Positions 20,152-22,360 of a DNA stretch of 22,360 nt are shown here, piece after piece. The DNA is taken from assembly GCA_001949185.1 (NCBI GenBank), contig BDGG01000021.1, positions 1 through 22,360 on the forward strand. The letters run 5' to 3'. The notes beneath the pieces are model-generated. The model saw only the letters and a program-made list of their open reading frames with translations, was not told the origin of the DNA and searched no databases. The position numbers were made by a program, and so were the translations under genes. Numbering within the stretch: position 1 is the first letter of the stretch; the number at the start of each line of letters is the position of its first letter. The DNA comes from Ramazzottius varieornatus (lineage: Eukaryota; Animalia; Tardigrada).

Positions 20152-21922
20152 TTATTGATGAACTGTGGTGACAACCGTCGTAGTGTTCTGCACAACGACG
20201 GTTTCCGGCTCATTATGCAGCATCATACTCTGCAAAAGCGACAGGTGATAAACATCATGACACGGGAGTTCAGCGAAGAAACTCGATGAGCGTGTAAGAC
20301 TGAGAGAAGGCGCCACTTGGAGAAGAAGCGAGCAGACTTGACAAGATCATTTTCACAAATAGCGCATGCTACCAGCCTATGACACTGGAAACGGACGCCA
20401 CTCGAGAAAACATTCGTGCCGAGTTAGCTGACCAAGCTTTTTATCGAAATTTCAGGGGAATAGTTTCGTACCTTCTCCTTCAGCTGCTTCTCAGCAGAAT
20501 CGTAGTATTGCTGACGCTGAGTGATGGCTTGCTCCCACTGCTCATTTAGAGCTTTCTCTTCTTCGGCACTTCGTTGATCCTTCTCGTTGTTCATCTTCTG
20601 GCTGATCTCATGAACTCTATCGTTCTGCAGGGCCAAGACAAAACCATCACTCACTCCCACTCACCCTTTGAACAGGAAATTTAAAGAAAGGCAGCCTTAC
20701 ATGTTCTTTGACTTTCTCGACCATCTCCATGAGCATCTGGTTGCGCTTGCCTTCACTGTCCGTAAACTTGGCATCCAGCTGCTGCAGACGCTGCATGAAC
20801 TCTTCAGACTGACGGTGAAGAACATCGCTATGACGATCCCCCTATAATGAAAAACCGACAAGACGTGGTGGATTTCGAAAACGACAATTGGAAGCGTCGT
20901 ACAGATATTTGAATAAACTAGCTAGTGGTTCTGACCACTGGAAAGGCCGAGCAAAGGAGGTAAACCATTGTAGAGCGAGCACTTTTACTTTTACTTGTGA
21001 CTCACAGTACGGATCCCCAGTAAAATTTTTAATCGCCCCGATCAAGTGGCGTGTCTTTTTTCAGTACTGTGTTTGCGATATCTGAAAGCTCGAAGAATCT
21101 GATCGTCCATTGAAATCTCGACAGACTTAAAAGGGCCTCGCTTCGCTCGGCCTGACAACAAAATCCGTTGTGGCGTAGCGTCACGTGGCACACAAGAAAG
21201 TATCGAGGGACCACGTGATCCTGTGAGCTACTATACCGAATTTAAAATTCGATTTTACCTCTTTTCGCAGACGAGAAATCAGGGCTTCGCGCTGAGCCTC
21301 CACGTTAGCCTGCGCGTTCTCCATTTTGGCTTCAATCTTTGCCTCAATAACCTCGACCTCTTTCTGGCGCTGTTCACGGGCTTTCTCAACCTTGAATGCC
21401 TCCTCGGCGCAGCGTGATCTGAGATCATTGATGGCTGACTGAAAGCACACAGACCATCAACACAGGACTCAATCAACCGGAGCGTCGTTCATACTGAAAA
21501 TATGATACTTGGAGTCTTACTTCTCGTCGAGCTTCAGCAGCTGCTAGCTTCTCCCGGATCTGCTCAGCCGTTAGGCCCGTGTTGTCACCGTTCTCGTCGC
21601 TATTGGAACGCCGGAGTATGCCCGTCTCCAGACTGACAGGTCCGACGGGGGAAGCGTTATCGAGGGTTACAGCGAAGGCCATCCCGCTGCGACGAACACG
21701 GACAGGTGAACCAACTCCCTCGACTGCAACAAAGTACCGCGCATCAGTCAGGTATCATGCAACCTTCAGGGGATACTTGGAGATTCGAACAACCAACAAG
21801 AAGCGCGGAGGTGCAAGGGAAACACTACGAAACAGACCACAGTGAGAGAGTACTAAATTACCGTCTTCCATCGTCGTCTGTCCGTCCAGTCCAGCGTCCC
21901 CCGTACCATTGGTGCGCGACAT
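20152..21922 (-). CDS. Stathmin-family protein
   Basis: Exons 21922-21862, 21723-21521, 21438-21259, 20808-20701, 20624-20472 and probably 20229-20152 splice in phase. RRSGMAFAVTL resembles stathmin KRASGQAFELIL. LTAEQIREKLAAAEARR, KIEAKMENAQANVEAQ...RLRK and EKVKEHNDRVHEI resemble stathmin helical repeats. The last exon is tentative. Confidence 0.85.
20308..20430. repeat. Intronic palindromic array K: 1 unit plus an orphan arm
   Basis: Unit 20359-20401 has a 25-nt spacer GCTACCAGCCTATGACACTGGAAAC. Linker ACTTGACAAGATCATTTT. Lies in the stathmin intron following exon 5. Confidence 0.75.
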
Positions 21923-22031
21923 CTTTGCTGAAACGTGTCCACGAGGGTACTTAAGCAAACTTTGACGTCTGAGAATTCTAAGGAAGCAACGAAGGACCTA
22001 CGGAGATGGGAAGGAAACAGTGGAGGAAAGT
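21828..22031 (-). repeat. Right-hand copy of the ~200-bp inverted duplication, overlapping the in-place stathmin exon 1
   Basis: Reverse complement of 1-202, about 98% identical. Confidence 0.93.
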
Positions 22032-22360
22032 TCAAGAATGCCTGAATGCGGAATCGCGGTTCCTACGGGCCTACTGTAATCTCCGTACATTGATTGCTTG
22101 TTATTGCAGCGACAATGTGAGGTGGGCGGGAACGCGTTAAGTACAAGTATAACACTTTGTTGTGCTGAGTACTGGTACTTTTCTTCGCTGGAGGACATGA
22201 CGGAGTGATTGATAATGTTGATTGATCGGAATGCCGATAACTCCTCGGCCATAAGGAATTTTTTGTCAGCTTGTTTATCGCTCCTTACTGCTGCGACAAT
22301 ACTCGAAACACCCAAGGTCTTACCGGGAGAATATCGTCGTCTGGAGGATTTGTATGGGCC

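Noticed and set aside
1-22031. Giant TIR transposon (Maverick/Polinton-like) carrying the block
   Set aside because: The repeats are host exon sequence. No integrase, polymerase or transposase lies inside, and no TSD can be assessed.
21998-22360. Minus-strand ORF open to the window end
   Set aside because: No recognisable domain, and it overlaps the stathmin upstream region. It cannot be judged without flanking sequence.

Overview
Gene-dense eukaryotic DNA with GT-AG introns, probably from a compact-genome invertebrate (organism not identifiable from this window alone). Seven protein genes were reconstructed by hand: a divergent CNOT3/Not3 (-), a small single-dsRBM-like protein (+), an ACSBG/bubblegum-type acyl-CoA synthetase (+), a MATH-BTB protein (-), an intronless SFT2-like protein (+), an unknown helical/TPR-like protein (+) and a stathmin-family protein (-). 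The most striking non-coding signal is an intron-restricted palindromic family, GTGGCGCAC-N25-GTGCGCCAC. I count about 23 units in 11 introns of 5 genes, and 19 have a spacer of exactly 25 nt despite strong spacer-sequence divergence. The introns also hold several MITE/foldback elements, some nested. The whole ~22 kb block is bracketed by a ~200 bp, ~98% identical inverted duplication of stathmin exon 1. All calls come from manual reading and no searches were run.
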